NCBI GenBank assembly: GCA_030295235.1
Contig: AP026128.1
Coordinates: 310,001-374,000, forward strand
Length of the DNA stretch: 64,000 nucleotides
Reading direction: 5' to 3'
Origin: Fistulifera solaris
Lineage: Eukaryota
The position numbers and the translations under genes are program-made. Of the stretch, positions 38,315 through 50,536 are shown in pieces (within the stretch, counting starts at the first letter, position 1; every line of letters starts with the position of its first letter). The notes beneath the pieces were generated by a model. That model saw only the letters and a program-made list of their open reading frames with translations. It made no database searches and was not told the origin of the DNA.

Positions 38315-39023
38315 TTAGTACGCCCGTATCTCAAGAATCTCAAGATCCACATCCCCTAGCGTAAATTTGGGATTCAGTTCTCCGCCGTACTCAAACTTGG
38401 AATAAATGAGTTGTAGGCCAACCACATTGCTTCGGTTCAGTTCGACACCACTCACAACGGTCGCAAACTTTGTAGGCGTCAGTTTATCAAAAGGAATGCG
38501 TATCTTTTTGGTGGCCGTGGGCAAGTCGAAACTGGCGGCCCACACCAAGCCATTGAAATCGGTGCTATCGCGAATGCCTACTTTGAAACGACTCACTGAC
38601 GGGCCTTTTTCTTCGACGGAGCGTCAGTTCCAAGCCCCGACACGCACTCAAATCCCAGTCAAAGTTGGGTGTATTGCGGATCCCGATAAAGCCACCGTTG
38701 TTCGCATCCGTCACGGTGCCTTGCCACACCCCATTCGCAAAGGTCGAAGAGGAGGCTCCTCCCATGACGACATCATCGAGCGGTGCAAACTTAAATGAAG
38801 GTGACGAGGCCTTCCACAGTACATCATTTGGTTTCACGCGCTGTTTCAACGCCTTGGAGGAGAATGGAGACGGAACGAACTTGGAGGATTGGGACACGAA
38901 ACGAAATACATCCCAGGGCTTGCGTTCCTTGCTGGCCAAAGCTGTTGGCGCGGTACTTTTTTTATTCGGTAGAAACGCCCAAGTCGAAGAGGCAAGAAAT
39001 AGAATCAAAAGGAAACGCTTCAT
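38315..39023 (-). CDS. CIA30 (NDUFAF1-like) domain protein, probably plastid-targeted
   Basis: LDDVVMGGASSS, GTVTDANNGGFIGIR, IPF..L.P, SKFEYGGELNPKF motifs; signal peptide ending WA-F; frameshift near 38605. Confidence 0.85.
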
Positions 39024-39408
39024 AATGGTAAATGTCCTCATCGGGTGGCATAAATAATAATGTGGTGAGTTTTTGTGATGCAAGAAAACGGCGACGAGAA
39101 AAAATCGCGAACCCAAAAACCACACGCGGGGATGAGGAGTCATTCACTAGATTATTGTACCGGTTTCGCATTTGCTAAATAAAACTACTGCTTGAACACG
39201 ATCAGACATCTCGTTCCTCGATCTACTTCACTAGAAAAAATACCTTCAGGTCTAAAGTCTAACCTAATCCAACTTTACTTACTAGACTTAACACAAATCT
39301 CAACCTATACTGTATCCTACCGGGAAACCGATTGCTCTGATGACGGAGTCATCAATGAACAAACATAATACTGAAAGAGTGCTTCTCTAATGACCCCATC
39401 GGCATTCA

Positions 39409-40382
39409 TTACCACGGAATTTCCAGTCCATCCTCGCAGTTTCGGAATTTGCCCGATTTCTCCATGGAGAGTTGAATTGTTTCGTAGAGAACACGTTTGG
39501 CTCCAACCGAAGGATCTACCGCGCCTTCCGACTCCCAGGTATCCTTCATTTCGGAAGTCATATCCGTCTTTTGAAAACCAGGATGAAAGATACCAACGGC
39601 AATTCCCCGATTCTTGACTTCATTCGCCAACAAGACCGACAGCATGTTGGCGCTCGCTTTCGACATCTACATATTGCAATTTGAGTTCGTGTTTGTGTGG
39701 ATTCAGCCTGACACGATCTTTTGACTTACATGGTGACCATAATTGCCGCCATTGGGAGACTGAACCTCTCTCCAACCAATGGAGCCGGCTTGTGACGTGA
39801 TCATGATTACTTTGGAGCCTTCCTTCAACAGACCTAAGAGAGCGGAAGTCACACGAAGGTGTCCACAGGCACTTATATCGATCGTTTTAATTTGCGTGGG
39901 AAAGTCAAGACTATCGAGTTGTTCACCCTCTCTTTTTAGGAACCCAACGTTGTTAATCAACTGATTGACGAAAAGAAAAGTGCATGCGTTAAATAACATA
40001 AAAGTGAATCAATAGCGGAATGAAACTAGTGACTTACAATGTCAATGGGACCACCTTCGACCTGTTCGCTTAACCCAGCGCACTTCTCATCATCCGTCAC
40101 ATCAATTCCCGATATGATCTGTCGTACACCGAGTTCTTCCAATTCCGACGAAGAGGATTTGACAATGGCAATGACTTCGGCGCCGACGTGAGTCAACTCC
40201 GCGGCCAAAGCCAGGCCGAGACCCTTGTTTGCTCCGGTCACCGCGACGCGTTGGCCCTGGAGGGAGGAAGGATCATAGACTGTGGTAATATCCAGGTAGC
40301 GCCGGTTGTTTTCACGTTTCGCGCGGTCAAAACGAGCCTTCTGGTCGGCGATGCTGTAGCGTTCGTCTGACATGACAAGCAT
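39409..40382 (-). CDS. Short-chain dehydrogenase/reductase (CsgA-like), three exons
   Basis: VTGANKGLG, LINNVG, ITSQAGSI, YGHH/MSK and FHPGF motifs; two GTAAGT introns. Confidence 0.88.
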
Positions 40383-40757
40383 TGCAGTACTGATGAAAAC
40401 GGAGTATAAATCAATAAACTGGTTGCTTCAAACAATCGCAACCGAGGTAGGTGTACGGAGAAAGGGAAAATTCTCAAATGAAGCCGTGGAACCGAACTAT
40501 TCTCATAATTTTCATAGTATTCCGTAGGATCTCCGTATCTCGTTCGTTCTGTCATCGAAAGAAAACGATTTCTCTGACGAACGGATGAGAACGTCAAGCA
40601 TCATCGCATAGAAAATGCCGATCAACCGCTCGATTCTGCCTGCACAACTCTGCAAACGTGAAGAAAACAAGACCAAAGACGAGACTTGTGTTACCAGGCT
40701 TCGTGTCTACATCTTCATTTTTCATTCGAACGTCGTGGTCGTGCCTGCATCGCGGAC

Positions 40758-41100
40758 CACATTCCAGATTTTCTGGATACGCGCAAATAACACATTCCCT
40801 GATTTTCTGGAGACGTGCAAACAAGGCATACCCAGATTTTCTGGAGAATTGCAAACAATACACTCCCACATTTTCTGGGTACGTACAAACAACCTTAGAT
40901 TTTCGGGAGACGTGCAAACAACACACTCCCAGATTTTCTGGAATCGTGCAAACTGCAAACAACACTTGCCTAGATTTTCTATGCACGTGAAGACACCAAA
41001 AAGCCCAGATTCTCTTTTGCACCTCTGCACGTGAAGTTGCCAAAATCTTAATTTTTTTGTGCACGTGAAGATTTTCTGTGGACCTGAAAAGCCACACGCC
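40758..41100. repeat. Degenerate ~34-bp tandem repeat (consensus ~cacactCCCAGATTTTCTGGagacgtgcaaacaa), about 6-7 clear units decaying rightwards
   Basis: Unit starts at 40758, 40791, 40825, 40859, 40893, 40922 and about 40963. Confidence 0.9.
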
Positions 41101-41108
41101 CAGGAAAC

Positions 41109-41177
41109 GACGTTAAAATTCTGCCTCGCCGTAGGCTCTACGTAGAAACTTGTACTGAGAGGCAGAATTTTAACGTC
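41109..41177. repeat. Perfect 19-bp inverted repeat with 31-nt spacer
   Basis: gacgttaaaattctgcctc (41109-41127) and its reverse complement gaggcagaattttaacgtc (41159-41177). Confidence 0.92.
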
Positions 41178-41450
41178 CTTCCAGATTGCTAGGCACATGA
41201 AACCACATGCCCAGATTATTTTCAGCTGTGCGAACTATAATAATTTAGCATGGTGTCATATATTTGTAGAATAGGTGCTCTGACGAAACTAAGTGTAAGA
41301 TGCTAAAATCAAGCTCGAATCATTTCTTTAGGCAAATTTTATACTAGTTGAGTAGCTCCTCCAGCAATTTATGTTAAATTCAAATATTGTGAAAGACTGG
41401 TCGACTCACACAAGAGATAATACGTTTGTTATAAGCTCCTTGCAATTCCA

Positions 41451-43653
41451 TTACTTGTTAAAACTGGCAACCTTTTCAATCAATACATCCACAATAGAAG
41501 GGTCAGCAAGCGTGCTGGTGTCGCCCAAACTATCTACTTCATGACAAACAATTTTGCGTAAAATACGTCTCATAATCTTTCCGGACCTCGTCATAGGCAA
41601 GGAGGGCGTCACCAATATCATGTCCGGCGATGCGAAACCTCCAATGTCCTTTCGAACCAAATTTTTCAACTCATTGACCAACGCCTCCGACTCCGATTGT
41701 CCTTCGACCAGCATGACGAATGCCGCAATGCTTTGTCCCTTGATTTCATGCGGCTGACCAACAACCGCAGCCTGCGCGACGGCTCCATGAGCCACCAGAG
41801 CGCTCTCTACTTCTGCAGTCCCGATGCGATGACCAGAGACGTTGAGAACGTCATCGACACGGCCAATAATCCAGTGATATCCATCCTGATCCAAGATAAC
41901 TGAATCGCCCGTGAAATAGTATCCCTTATAAACGTGAAGGTAGGTCTTTAGATAGCGTTGGTGAGCATTGATGCATGTGCGGGCCATTCCAGGCCAGGGT
42001 TTCGAAATGGCCAGGACTCCTTCATAGTGACCCTTCTCATCCGGTTCTGTGACGGGCGTCCCAGCTAAAGGATCCAATACGGCGGTTGCGATACCATAAC
42101 TCGGCAACGTACAACTACCAGGTTTCATTGGCGTAATACCGGGGAAATTGGTAACGACGTGTCCTCCGGTCTCCGTCTGCAAAGAACGATGAGTATCAAG
42201 GAAGTAGATCGACTGCGTCAGCTGTCGCATCGCTTGTACGCACCTGCCAATACGTGTCGACCACCGTGCATTTGTTTTTCCCCACGACCTCAAAATACCA
42301 ACGAAAGGCTTCCGGATTGATGGGTTCTCCGACCGACCCAAGAACACGAACGGTCGAAGTATCATATTTGGTGGGGTACTCATCCCCGTATCGCATCAAG
42401 AGACGAATGGCGGTCGGAGCCGTGTAAAATTGGGTGATTTTGTGACGCTGCACCATATCCCAGTAACGGCCGGGATCCGGGTAGACCGGCGTCGATTCAA
42501 AGAGAAATGTGGTCGAGCCATTGAGCAACGGACCATACACGACGTACGTATGACCCGTAATCCATCCACAGTCCGCGACACAAGCAAACAAATCACCGTC
42601 TCTCAAATCGAACGTATTTTGGGTCGTAAATGCCGCATACAACGCATATCCTCCCGATGTGTGCATCAATCCTTTGGGTTTTCCGGTAGACCCAGCTGTT
42701 TCAGTGAAGCAATTCAGAAAAATGAAAAGATCACAAGAAACATTACTTCACGTCGATCACTTACACGTATAAAGCAAGAACAAACCATCTTCGGAATCCA
42801 TGATTTCCGGAGGGCAGTACGGCCGCTGTTCCGCCACCAACTCGTCCATACGCACATCCTTGGGCATTTGTTCGTACGGTAATTCACTCTCGGGATCGTA
42901 AAAACGCTCAAATACCAAGACTTGTTCTAACAATTCTTCACAATCCAATTTTTCCCGAGCCGCATTGGCAATGTCCTTGAGGGGGAATGGATTTGCCGCC
43001 GCGTCGTCCTTGATCGGCCGTGATCAAAAATTTGGAAGCGGCTGCCGAAATGCGTTGCGCCAAAGCTTCGGCGGAAAATCCGGCAAAGACGACCGAATGC
43101 AAGGCTCCAATGCGAGCACACGCCAACATGGTCATGGCCAACTCCGGAATCATGGGCAAATAGACCGTGACGACTGGTAATGACATTGTTGTGAGTGTCA
43201 CTGCATCGAACAAAAGGCACTACAAAGAATGGTGTACGTACCATCACCTTTCCGAACACCCGACATTTTGAGAGCATTCGCAATTTGCGAAACTTTTCGT
43301 TGCAGCTCCAAATACGTAATTTTGCGAACATCCGTCGGTTCATCACCTTCAAATACCATGGCCACATGATCGCCTTTGCCGGCCAACACGTGTCGATCCA
43401 CGGCGTTGTAACACACGTTCAATTTGCCTCCCGCAAACCACGTGACATCTCCGGCATGAAAATCTCCCGCGAGACCTTGCTGGAACGGCGTAAACCAATC
43501 CAAACGTTTCTGCGCTTCCGCCGACCAAAAGGAAGACGGATCGGCGATCGATTGGGCGTACAATTGTTTGTAGTCGTCCAGCGACATGGCGCCTTCGCCC
43601 AATGGAGCAATTTCCTTCGCAATCACGTGCGGAGCCAAGCTCTTTTCTGTCAT
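41451..43653 (-). CDS. ACS: Acetyl-CoA synthetase (AMP-forming), multi-exon
   Basis: [84 protein letters not shown] and TRSGKIMRR motifs; three GT-AG introns. Confidence 0.96.
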
Positions 43654-43966
43654 TATTGTTGTAGTTACTGTTGTCGAATGAGAAATAATAATGAATTGGA
43701 TGCAACACAGTAATAAGCGAAGAATGAAGGCAGCGATCCTTTTGCGTTGTCATTCATCGTCCGTCCGCCTCAGATTGTTTGCACCTACCGCGAACCGCGG
43801 ACCGGTACTCTTTTTGGAGACACAATGAACGCGCGATGGCGCGCATACGTCATCTCTATAACTTCAACTGCATCCTAAATCCTAACGTTTTAAAAAACGT
43901 CTACAATGTCGTAGCAGTTATCGAGTTGCTCTGGTTTACAGAAATAATAATAGTACGCATTCACTG

Positions 43967-45049
43967 TTACAGTATCTCGTGAGGATTCGGTAAGCCCCAA
44001 CCTCCATCGGGTCGATTCAAGGAATCGAGAGCCTTCATCTCTAAATCCGATAGCTCAAAATCAAATATATCCGTATTGGAGACCATCCGTGTTTCGGTAT
44101 TGGTCAAATACACGATCGAGTAGCCCAATTGGTACAAATACCGTAACGCAATTTGCCCGCCGTCTTTTCCGTACTTGGATGCGAGTTCAAAGACCAATGG
44201 CGGCAGGTCGGTGTATCCTCTGCCAAAGGGAGAATACGCCTGCGGAACAATGTCGTGGGCTTGACAGTAGGAAAGAATTTCGGGATACTGCAAGGTAACA
44301 CTGGCTTCGAACTGATTCACCATGGGCAGTATTTTAGCCCCATCTTCTTTTAGTTGTTCCAAATGATCGGGCGAAAAATTGGACACACCAATGGACCGCA
44401 CCCAACCCTTTTCGTACGCATTCTCCAAGACCTTCCACGCCGCGATGCGACGCTGCCGGTTTTCTATAGCAGTACCTTCCTTCCATCCAGCCGGCCAATG
44501 CAATAACATCAAATCGACATATCCGACACCCAACTCGATCAAATTGGCTTCAAATTGTTTCTGTGCTGTCGTTGTGACTTGTTCGGGCGTCATGTGGGGC
44601 AGATCCGCCATTTGATTCGTCGCAAAGGTGGAAGCGGTCGCGTCCGGGTGAAAGATTTTGGTCGTGATCCACACTTGTTTGCGATTTTCCAAGCGTTGTG
44701 TTCGAAGCCATTCTCCCAAGACGTATCCCATGGATCGTGGCGTCCGGTAGATATACGCTGTATCAAAGGCTCGCACACCCTTCTGTAACGCCAGTTCGAT
44801 CTGTCGATAGCCTCGTTCGGGGAGCATGCCCCGAAACGTCGAATGAACCGAGGGATCTTTTCCGGGAAATGCGATCAGTTGTGCCGTTCCGAGCTGTAAC
44901 AGAGGCATCTCGACGCCATTGTGGAGTGTGACGGTGGGGATGGCGAGAGGAGGAGAATCATAGGATGAAGCACAAGCTCCTTCTTCGGCGACCGTGGGGT
45001 GTAGCAGTAGAGCGATGACTATGCAGCAGTTTTGAAGTTGTGTTCGCAT
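43967..45049 (-). CDS. Aldo/keto reductase with N-terminal signal peptide
   Basis: LHNGVEMPLLQLGT, FDTAYIY, WITTKI, YVDLMLLHWP, RSIGVSNF and AYSPFG motifs; ATG at 45049 precedes hydrophobic IVIALLLHPTVA. Confidence 0.92.
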   Translation of the reverse strand: MRTQLQNCCIVIALLLHPTVAEEGACASSYDSPPLAIPTVTLHNGVEMPLLQLGTAQLIAFPGKDPSVHSTFRGMLPERGYRQIELALQKGVRAFDTAYIYRTPRSMGYVLGEWLRTQRLENRKQVWITTKIFHPDATASTFATNQMADLPHMTPEQVTTTAQKQFEANLIELGVGYVDLMLLHWPAGWKEGTAIENRQRRIAAWKVLENAYEKGWVRSIGVSNFSPDHLEQLKEDGAKILPMVNQFEASVTLQYPEILSYCQAHDIVPQAYSPFGRGYTDLPPLVFELASKYGKDGGQIALRYLYQLGYSIVYLTNTETRMVSNTDIFDFELSDLEMKALDSLNRPDGGWGLPNPHEIL

Positions 45050-45533
45050 AATGTGTTCTTGTTTGTTTCGTTTGACTTGAATCGTTTGTTCTTGTGATAC
45101 AATAAAGGAGGAGCAGCTGTTTTTGTTGCGGTGGCGATGGATCTTGTTCTTTCTTGGGTCGGAAGGCGGAAAATCGGTTCGCAAAAGATACCACACACCC
45201 GCTCTATAGAAGAGAGTACAATCCAGCTTTCGGTAAGACATTTGCGTCAAGTGCCGGATACAAAATTTCCTCCACCGCGCCTCCAGCCTCCACCACCTTT
45301 TTTCATCGCCATCAAAAGATCGATCGCGTCTCTCGCAACAAGCCAAAAATCGTCGGAGAGAATAAAGCTGACTGCTGAATTATTTTTTGTTACTTCTGAA
45401 ACTTTGCAAACCTATTACGTTTCTGCAGGGTACAAAGCGAAGAGAAGACACGTTCTAACAAGCAACTGCAGCGTCAATCGTCGGGACGCAGTTCTCCAGT
45501 CGAATAAAATCAACAACAAGCAAAAAAACGACG

Positions 45534-45932
45534 ATGCGGCACAACTGTAGAGTCTTCTTCGTGTCTCTGTTACCTTCTTTATTGGTGCAAGGAACCGAAA
45601 TCAAATGGAAAGGGACGTCGCACGGCGACGACCCGGCCAAAACCGCACCCAAATCCCAGCGCTATTGGGACGAACACAACATTGCGCGGCCCGACTATGC
45701 CAAGACGGATGCCGAGATAGCAATGGAGCGCGGTGACACCAACTACACAGCAATCGCCTTTGTGATCTTACTTTTGACGATGGGTGTTTTCTACTTCTTT
45801 CGAATGAAACACAATGGGCAACGTTTGGGAGGAACGAATGGGATAGTATCACCCTTCTCACAGCGCATGGACGAGGAACGGGCGAGGGAGGCTCGATTGG
45901 CTCGTTTTGAAAATCAGAGCAAGAGTGATTAA
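45534..45932 (+). CDS. Small single-pass membrane protein (signal peptide + TM)
   Basis: Signal-like leader, APKSQRYWDEHNIARPDYAKTDAE, TM helix, then GQRLGG and REARLARFE tail. Confidence 0.65.
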   Translation: MRHNCRVFFVSLLPSLLVQGTEIKWKGTSHGDDPAKTAPKSQRYWDEHNIARPDYAKTDAEIAMERGDTNYTAIAFVILLLTMGVFYFFRMKHNGQRLGGTNGIVSPFSQRMDEERAREARLARFENQSKSD

Positions 45933-46724
45933 TATATTTGAAATGCAAGTATCCGCTGTCACACAAAAGACGAGGTTGCCTTGCATCAATCTCACGTCGC
46001 TTATGAAACTTTTGTAAACACGGGTGCAACAAGCAAGTTTTTGAGAGTAATAGCATGCACACCCGCAACTTACGGCTCATTTTTTCATCGAGATACTGAT
46101 CTTCGTCATGATTATTTCATGATCGGATTGATGCCAAGTGCAACCGATAGTTTTCATCGGCACTCAAAATCGGGTAGAACGTATAATTACAATGTAAGAT
46201 CATCGTGCGTCGATGTAGTGACGCAATAGCTAATACTCGGAGTAATTCGTCGCTAGAATGGACTATCTTCAGGAGTCGTTTGTCGGGTATTAGATACCGG
46301 AGATGATGATTGCTGAGATGGTGATGAGATGCCTTTCATTCATTTGTTTCATTAGCGTTTGGCGTTCGCATTCCACAGAATATACACAATAAATCAATAA
46401 GTAAGGTGTCCGTAGTACGTATAGGCCAAAGAAACAGAAGGTTTCCGATTTTGCGCCATCAATTGTACTATATCCAGTACCGATTACGTGCGAGATTACT
46501 TTGAAGCTCATAGTAACTTCCCCTTTCAGGAATCTCAGAATATCGACAAAATTATAGACGCGAATGAGAATGTTGTGCGCTTTTGGGCCGAACAAAAGAA
46601 AGGGAGAGAAAAATGGCGTCTATGCTAAGGAAAGCTGATGCGTTTTGATGATCGTCTATGCTCGAATGGATTTGAGATTCCATAAAGAAACAAATATCTT
46701 ACATAGCATTGATCCTTTACAATA

Positions 46725-47312
46725 ATGACACTACGTCGCATCCAGAGTTTTTTCGGTAGACAACATAATAGCTCATCGAATCTGCCAGACCCTGAAATCT
46801 CCATTCTCGCCCATCATGAACAGTATCCTTCTTGCTCGGACAAACTAAAATTGCACTCTACACTAGAAAACTCCTTTTCTACCGTAACCACACGAAAGCA
46901 AAGCTCTGTTTGCTTCTCTACCGTCCAAGAGCGTCGATACAATCGAATACTAGGTGACAATCCTTCCTGCGAGTGGCCGCTCTCTTTGGGCTGGCACTGG
47001 GTGGAAGGAGGGCCCATACCTTTACAGCAATACGAGTTGACCAATCACGAGGCCAATCCTACGTACACCGACGCGAAACGATACGAGGCACTCACTGCGG
47101 AGGAACGGAAACTTGTTCTGCGTCGTTGTACGGGGCTCTCCGAATCGCAAATACGACTGGAAGAGCGGAGACGGCGAATGCAATTGATCTTGGAAGTGTT
47201 TTCTTCGAGCTCATCCAAAACAAGTGCCAGTGCCTGTTCGGTTCTTCCTGCCAATGCGGAACGACTGCTCGTCCGATACTCTTGCGAGCAAGGATATCAG
47301 ATTGGGAAATGA
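46725..47312 (+). CDS. Hypothetical protein with VxFxxV...LGDNPSC..PLSLGW motif
   Basis: 195-aa ATG ORF; the motif is recalled as typical of an uncharacterised diatom family. Confidence 0.7.
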   Translation: MTLRRIQSFFGRQHNSSSNLPDPEISILAHHEQYPSCSDKLKLHSTLENSFSTVTTRKQSSVCFSTVQERRYNRILGDNPSCEWPLSLGWHWVEGGPIPLQQYELTNHEANPTYTDAKRYEALTAEERKLVLRRCTGLSESQIRLEERRRRMQLILEVFSSSSSKTSASACSVLPANAERLLVRYSCEQGYQIGK

Positions 47313-47874
47313 CTCCATGTGTTTCTCTGGACGATCATGACATTGATTCATTCATACTTTATAGAACTTTATCTCCCAGTGTATTCTGATTACTGAAGGA
47401 CACCTGGATTGCATTTTGCGACGACGGCAAAGATCCGAAAGATCATGCGGATGCTTTGGTCAGGAATTATTACATTTTTGTGAACTATAACCCCCACTCT
47501 ATTTATTTTGACGCTATCTTTTCGATTTATCTCCACCTTTTGCGGAACGAGTAACATGTATTATCACCGATAAGGAGCTTTTATGTAGGTCTATTGAAAG
47601 GAGTTTCACAAAAAAAATTGTCAGCCATAGCTACTGATGACCTCCAAAAAGAAAAAAGATCTTTCTTGACGCCTTCGTGACTTGGTGACCGTGAATAACC
47701 GTCATTCAGTACCGGTACGAATGGAGCATTGTTTTTCTCCTTCGTTTTTCCCCTTTCCTTTTTTCGCCATTCATTATCTTCTTACCGTGTAATTCGAATA
47801 CTCCGTAATACCTATCCTTGTTCGCAACCGAATGCAACTATCTATGTCGGCTGAAGTAACCGATTGCATTCATT

Positions 47875-48604
47875 ATGCGTTCACTGGCTCGGAGGATCCC
47901 TATACGCGGTTACGATGTGGCGGTGCAATCGTGCGGCCCGCTGGGTTGCAATCTGTACGCTTTGACGTGCCTGGCAACCCGTGAAGCGGCCATTATCGAT
48001 CCATCTTTACAAATCCCGCCGAGTATAGCCTTTTACAAAAGTATATGGAAGGAACATCCGTGAAACAAATTTTGTTAACGCACGGACATCCCGATCATGT
48101 GATCGGTGTCGCCGACTGTGCCCAGCAATGGCCCGACGCGACGATTGCCTTGCATCCGTGGGAAGACGAGAATTATAGCGAAGCGTGTCATTTGGGTCCG
48201 TTTTTGGGTTGAACATGCCCGAAAAGTTACCGAAACCGACCTGCAGTCTTTCCGATGGCGATGTGATTGCGGTTGGTTCATCGATCCGTTTGCGCGTCGT
48301 CCACACGCCCGGGCATGCCCCGGGTCACGTAGCATTCGTCGACGAACAGGATGGTTCCGCTGTCATTTGGGGAGGAGATTTGCTCTTTCGGGGATCGGTT
48401 GGTCGGACGGATTTTCCCAATGCTTCGTCGGAGGATTTGCTGGTCAGTCTAGTGCGATTGTATGATCTATTTGCCGACGAGTCGATCGTACTCTCGGGAC
48501 ATACGACCCCTACAACACTTGGGACGGAAGAGCAATTCAATGTGTTTGTACACAAAGCTTTGAGTATGTCAAAAAAAGGAATCGTTAGAGGCGCTGAAGC
48601 TTAG
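47875..48604 (+). CDS. Metallo-beta-lactamase-fold hydrolase (glyoxalase II/YcbL-like), frameshifted
   Basis: GPLGCNLY, AAIIDP, LLTHGHPDHVIG (alternate frame near 48070-48105), HTPGHAPGH, GDLLFRGSVGRTDFP and LSGH motifs. Confidence 0.85.
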
Positions 48605-48700
48605 AATGGGCTGGAACTCTTGGTAAAACTTTTGTTGGTTGGCTTTGTGGCCCTGCAGTTTTGCATTCAGGAGTTCAAGCTATTTCGATGCTCATACTAA

Positions 48701-49310
48701 ATGCTGCTTGACTTATTTTCAGCTGGCAACGCTCGAAGAACAAACGGGAAAAAGCGAGCATAGACCAAAACTTCGTCTTAAAACATTATGATTCGTGACT
48801 GCAATGCAATCGTGGGTGGGTTGAACCAACACTCGGGGCTATAGTAAAAATGGACGAGACCGATTGAACAAGCTTTTCACCGCAAGTCATCGAAAAATTG
48901 AATGTTAATGATGCTTAACGTAAATAGATGCTGCTTTACTTATTTTCAGTTGGTAATGCTAGGAGAAAAAACGGAAAATAGCGAGCATAGACTAAAATTT
49001 CGACTTGAAATCTTACGATTCATCACTGAAATGCAATCGTGGGTGCGTAGAACTAACACTCGGGGCTATAGTAAAAATGGACGAGACCGATCGAACAAGC
49101 TTTTCACCGCAAGTAATCGACGAATTGGTTGCGAATTGGATGATGCTCAACATAACTAGATGCTGCTTTACTTATTTTCAGTTGGTGTACGCTAGGAGAA
49201 CGAACGGAAAAATAGCGAGCATATACTAAAGTTTCGTCTTGAGAAATTTTGTTCTTGACTGAAATTCAGTCGTGATTGTCGTAAACCAACACTGAATGCT
49301 ATAGTAAAAA
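48701..49310. repeat. ~230-bp intergenic tandem repeat, about 2.7 copies
   Basis: Units begin with atgctgctt at 48701, 48928 and 49160. The block aacactcggggctatagtaaaaatggacgagaccgat is identical in copies 1 and 2. Confidence 0.92.
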
Positions 49311-49513
49311 TTTATTAAAATTGTTACGCCTTGTATACCTACACTTAGGACTTATAGTTAAAGTCACGAGTGATGAAACAAAAATGCAACCACAGGAGCA
49401 TTTCATTTCATAACACAGCAAGTTTCCTTTCAGATAAACAAATCTTTGAGAATGACAGATAGGACAGAAGAAGGGAAGCGAATTTTGCAGTATCGCCGGA
49501 TCGCACAGCGTCC

Positions 49514-50536
49514 ATGGGGGGCACAATGGTGGGAAGACGTGCAATTGTTGTCGCCCTTTACCTGGAGAGGAGCCGCCCGTATCGGAAAAGTCCAGTGGGA
49601 ATGGAAGAAATTATTTCAATCCGCCCTTGCCTTATTGATGCCCCTGGTGTTCGGGAAAAGATTCGAATGTCAGAGATCGTTCCACGTCATTCGGTGATCG
49701 GTCTGTCGGCGATTTGGTCCATGGCGTGGTTGTGGAGGGGAACGACCGGTCTTCGAGCGGTCTGGCACAAAACGTTTACCTTCAGTCGATGGTCGCAAAT
49801 GCTGGGGTTTCCTTCCGTGCGGTCACCGGCCCAGGAAGATGCGTGGCGTGTCTTGTCGGAACGCATCATGCAACAACGTGCCTATCGGACGCGGAAGTAT
49901 GATGTGTACTTGCCTTTGCCGACGGGACGGGCCATGGAAGCGATCTTGTTTCTTCCTGGATTCGGTGTTGAGCATGTGGCGTATGCCGAGTCGGCGGCGC
50001 GATTGGCGGATGCCGGATTTGTAGTGGTTGTTGTGTCGGCGGAGCCTTTGCGGGTTGCCTCGAAAGAATTGGGATTTGCTTCATCGAGAATACGAGATAT
50101 TCCGTATCAAGTTTGTCGAGAATTGAATGTACCTTTATCGTGGAGTGTCATGGGACACTCGTTGGGGTCATTCACGGCGACACATGTTTCGTTAGAACTC
50201 GACATTCCTCGCGTCGTTCTGTGGGGCTCGGCTCCTATGGATGATCTCATTGCCGATTTATCGAATTCGAACAAACGAGTCCTTATATTGCAAGGTTCCG
50301 AAGACAAAATTATCGAATTTATGGTACCGGATGAACACGTCCGGCAACAACAAACAGAAAACTTTTACCGGAAATTGCCGAAAAACACCATTACAAAAAT
50401 GATTGAAGGAGGAAATCACAAAGGTTTTGGAAGCTATACACCTGCGTTCTCGATTGAAAAATCATCAGGAATACCTCGGAGTGAACAACAATCTCAAGCA
50501 GTAGCGTTCACTGTTGATTTTTTGCAAAATGTTTAA
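49514..50536 (+). CDS. Alpha/beta hydrolase (start uncertain)
   Basis: LFLPGFGV, Y..AARLADAGFVVV, GHSLG nucleophile elbow, QGSED and IEGGNHKGFGSY catalytic Asp/His regions. Confidence 0.85.
   Translation: MGGTMVGRRAIVVALYLERSRPYRKSPVGMEEIISIRPCLIDAPGVREKIRMSEIVPRHSVIGLSAIWSMAWLWRGTTGLRAVWHKTFTFSRWSQMLGFPSVRSPAQEDAWRVLSERIMQQRAYRTRKYDVYLPLPTGRAMEAILFLPGFGVEHVAYAESAARLADAGFVVVVVSAEPLRVASKELGFASSRIRDIPYQVCRELNVPLSWSVMGHSLGSFTATHVSLELDIPRVVLWGSAPMDDLIADLSNSNKRVLILQGSEDKIIEFMVPDEHVRQQQTENFYRKLPKNTITKMIEGGNHKGFGSYTPAFSIEKSSGIPRSEQQSQAVAFTVDFLQNV

Noticed and set aside
40758..41100. CRISPR array (palindromic ~34-bp repeats)
   Set aside because: Units are head-to-tail with no unique spacers and are degenerate; there are no cas genes and the context is eukaryotic.
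40594..41198. Cys-rich ORFs across the repeat array
   Set aside because: ORFs occur in several frames on both strands with non-ATG or arbitrary starts; they are by-products of the repeat.
48902..49229. Small ORFs within the 230-bp repeat
   Set aside because: Unit lengths do not preserve frame, and stops differ between copies.
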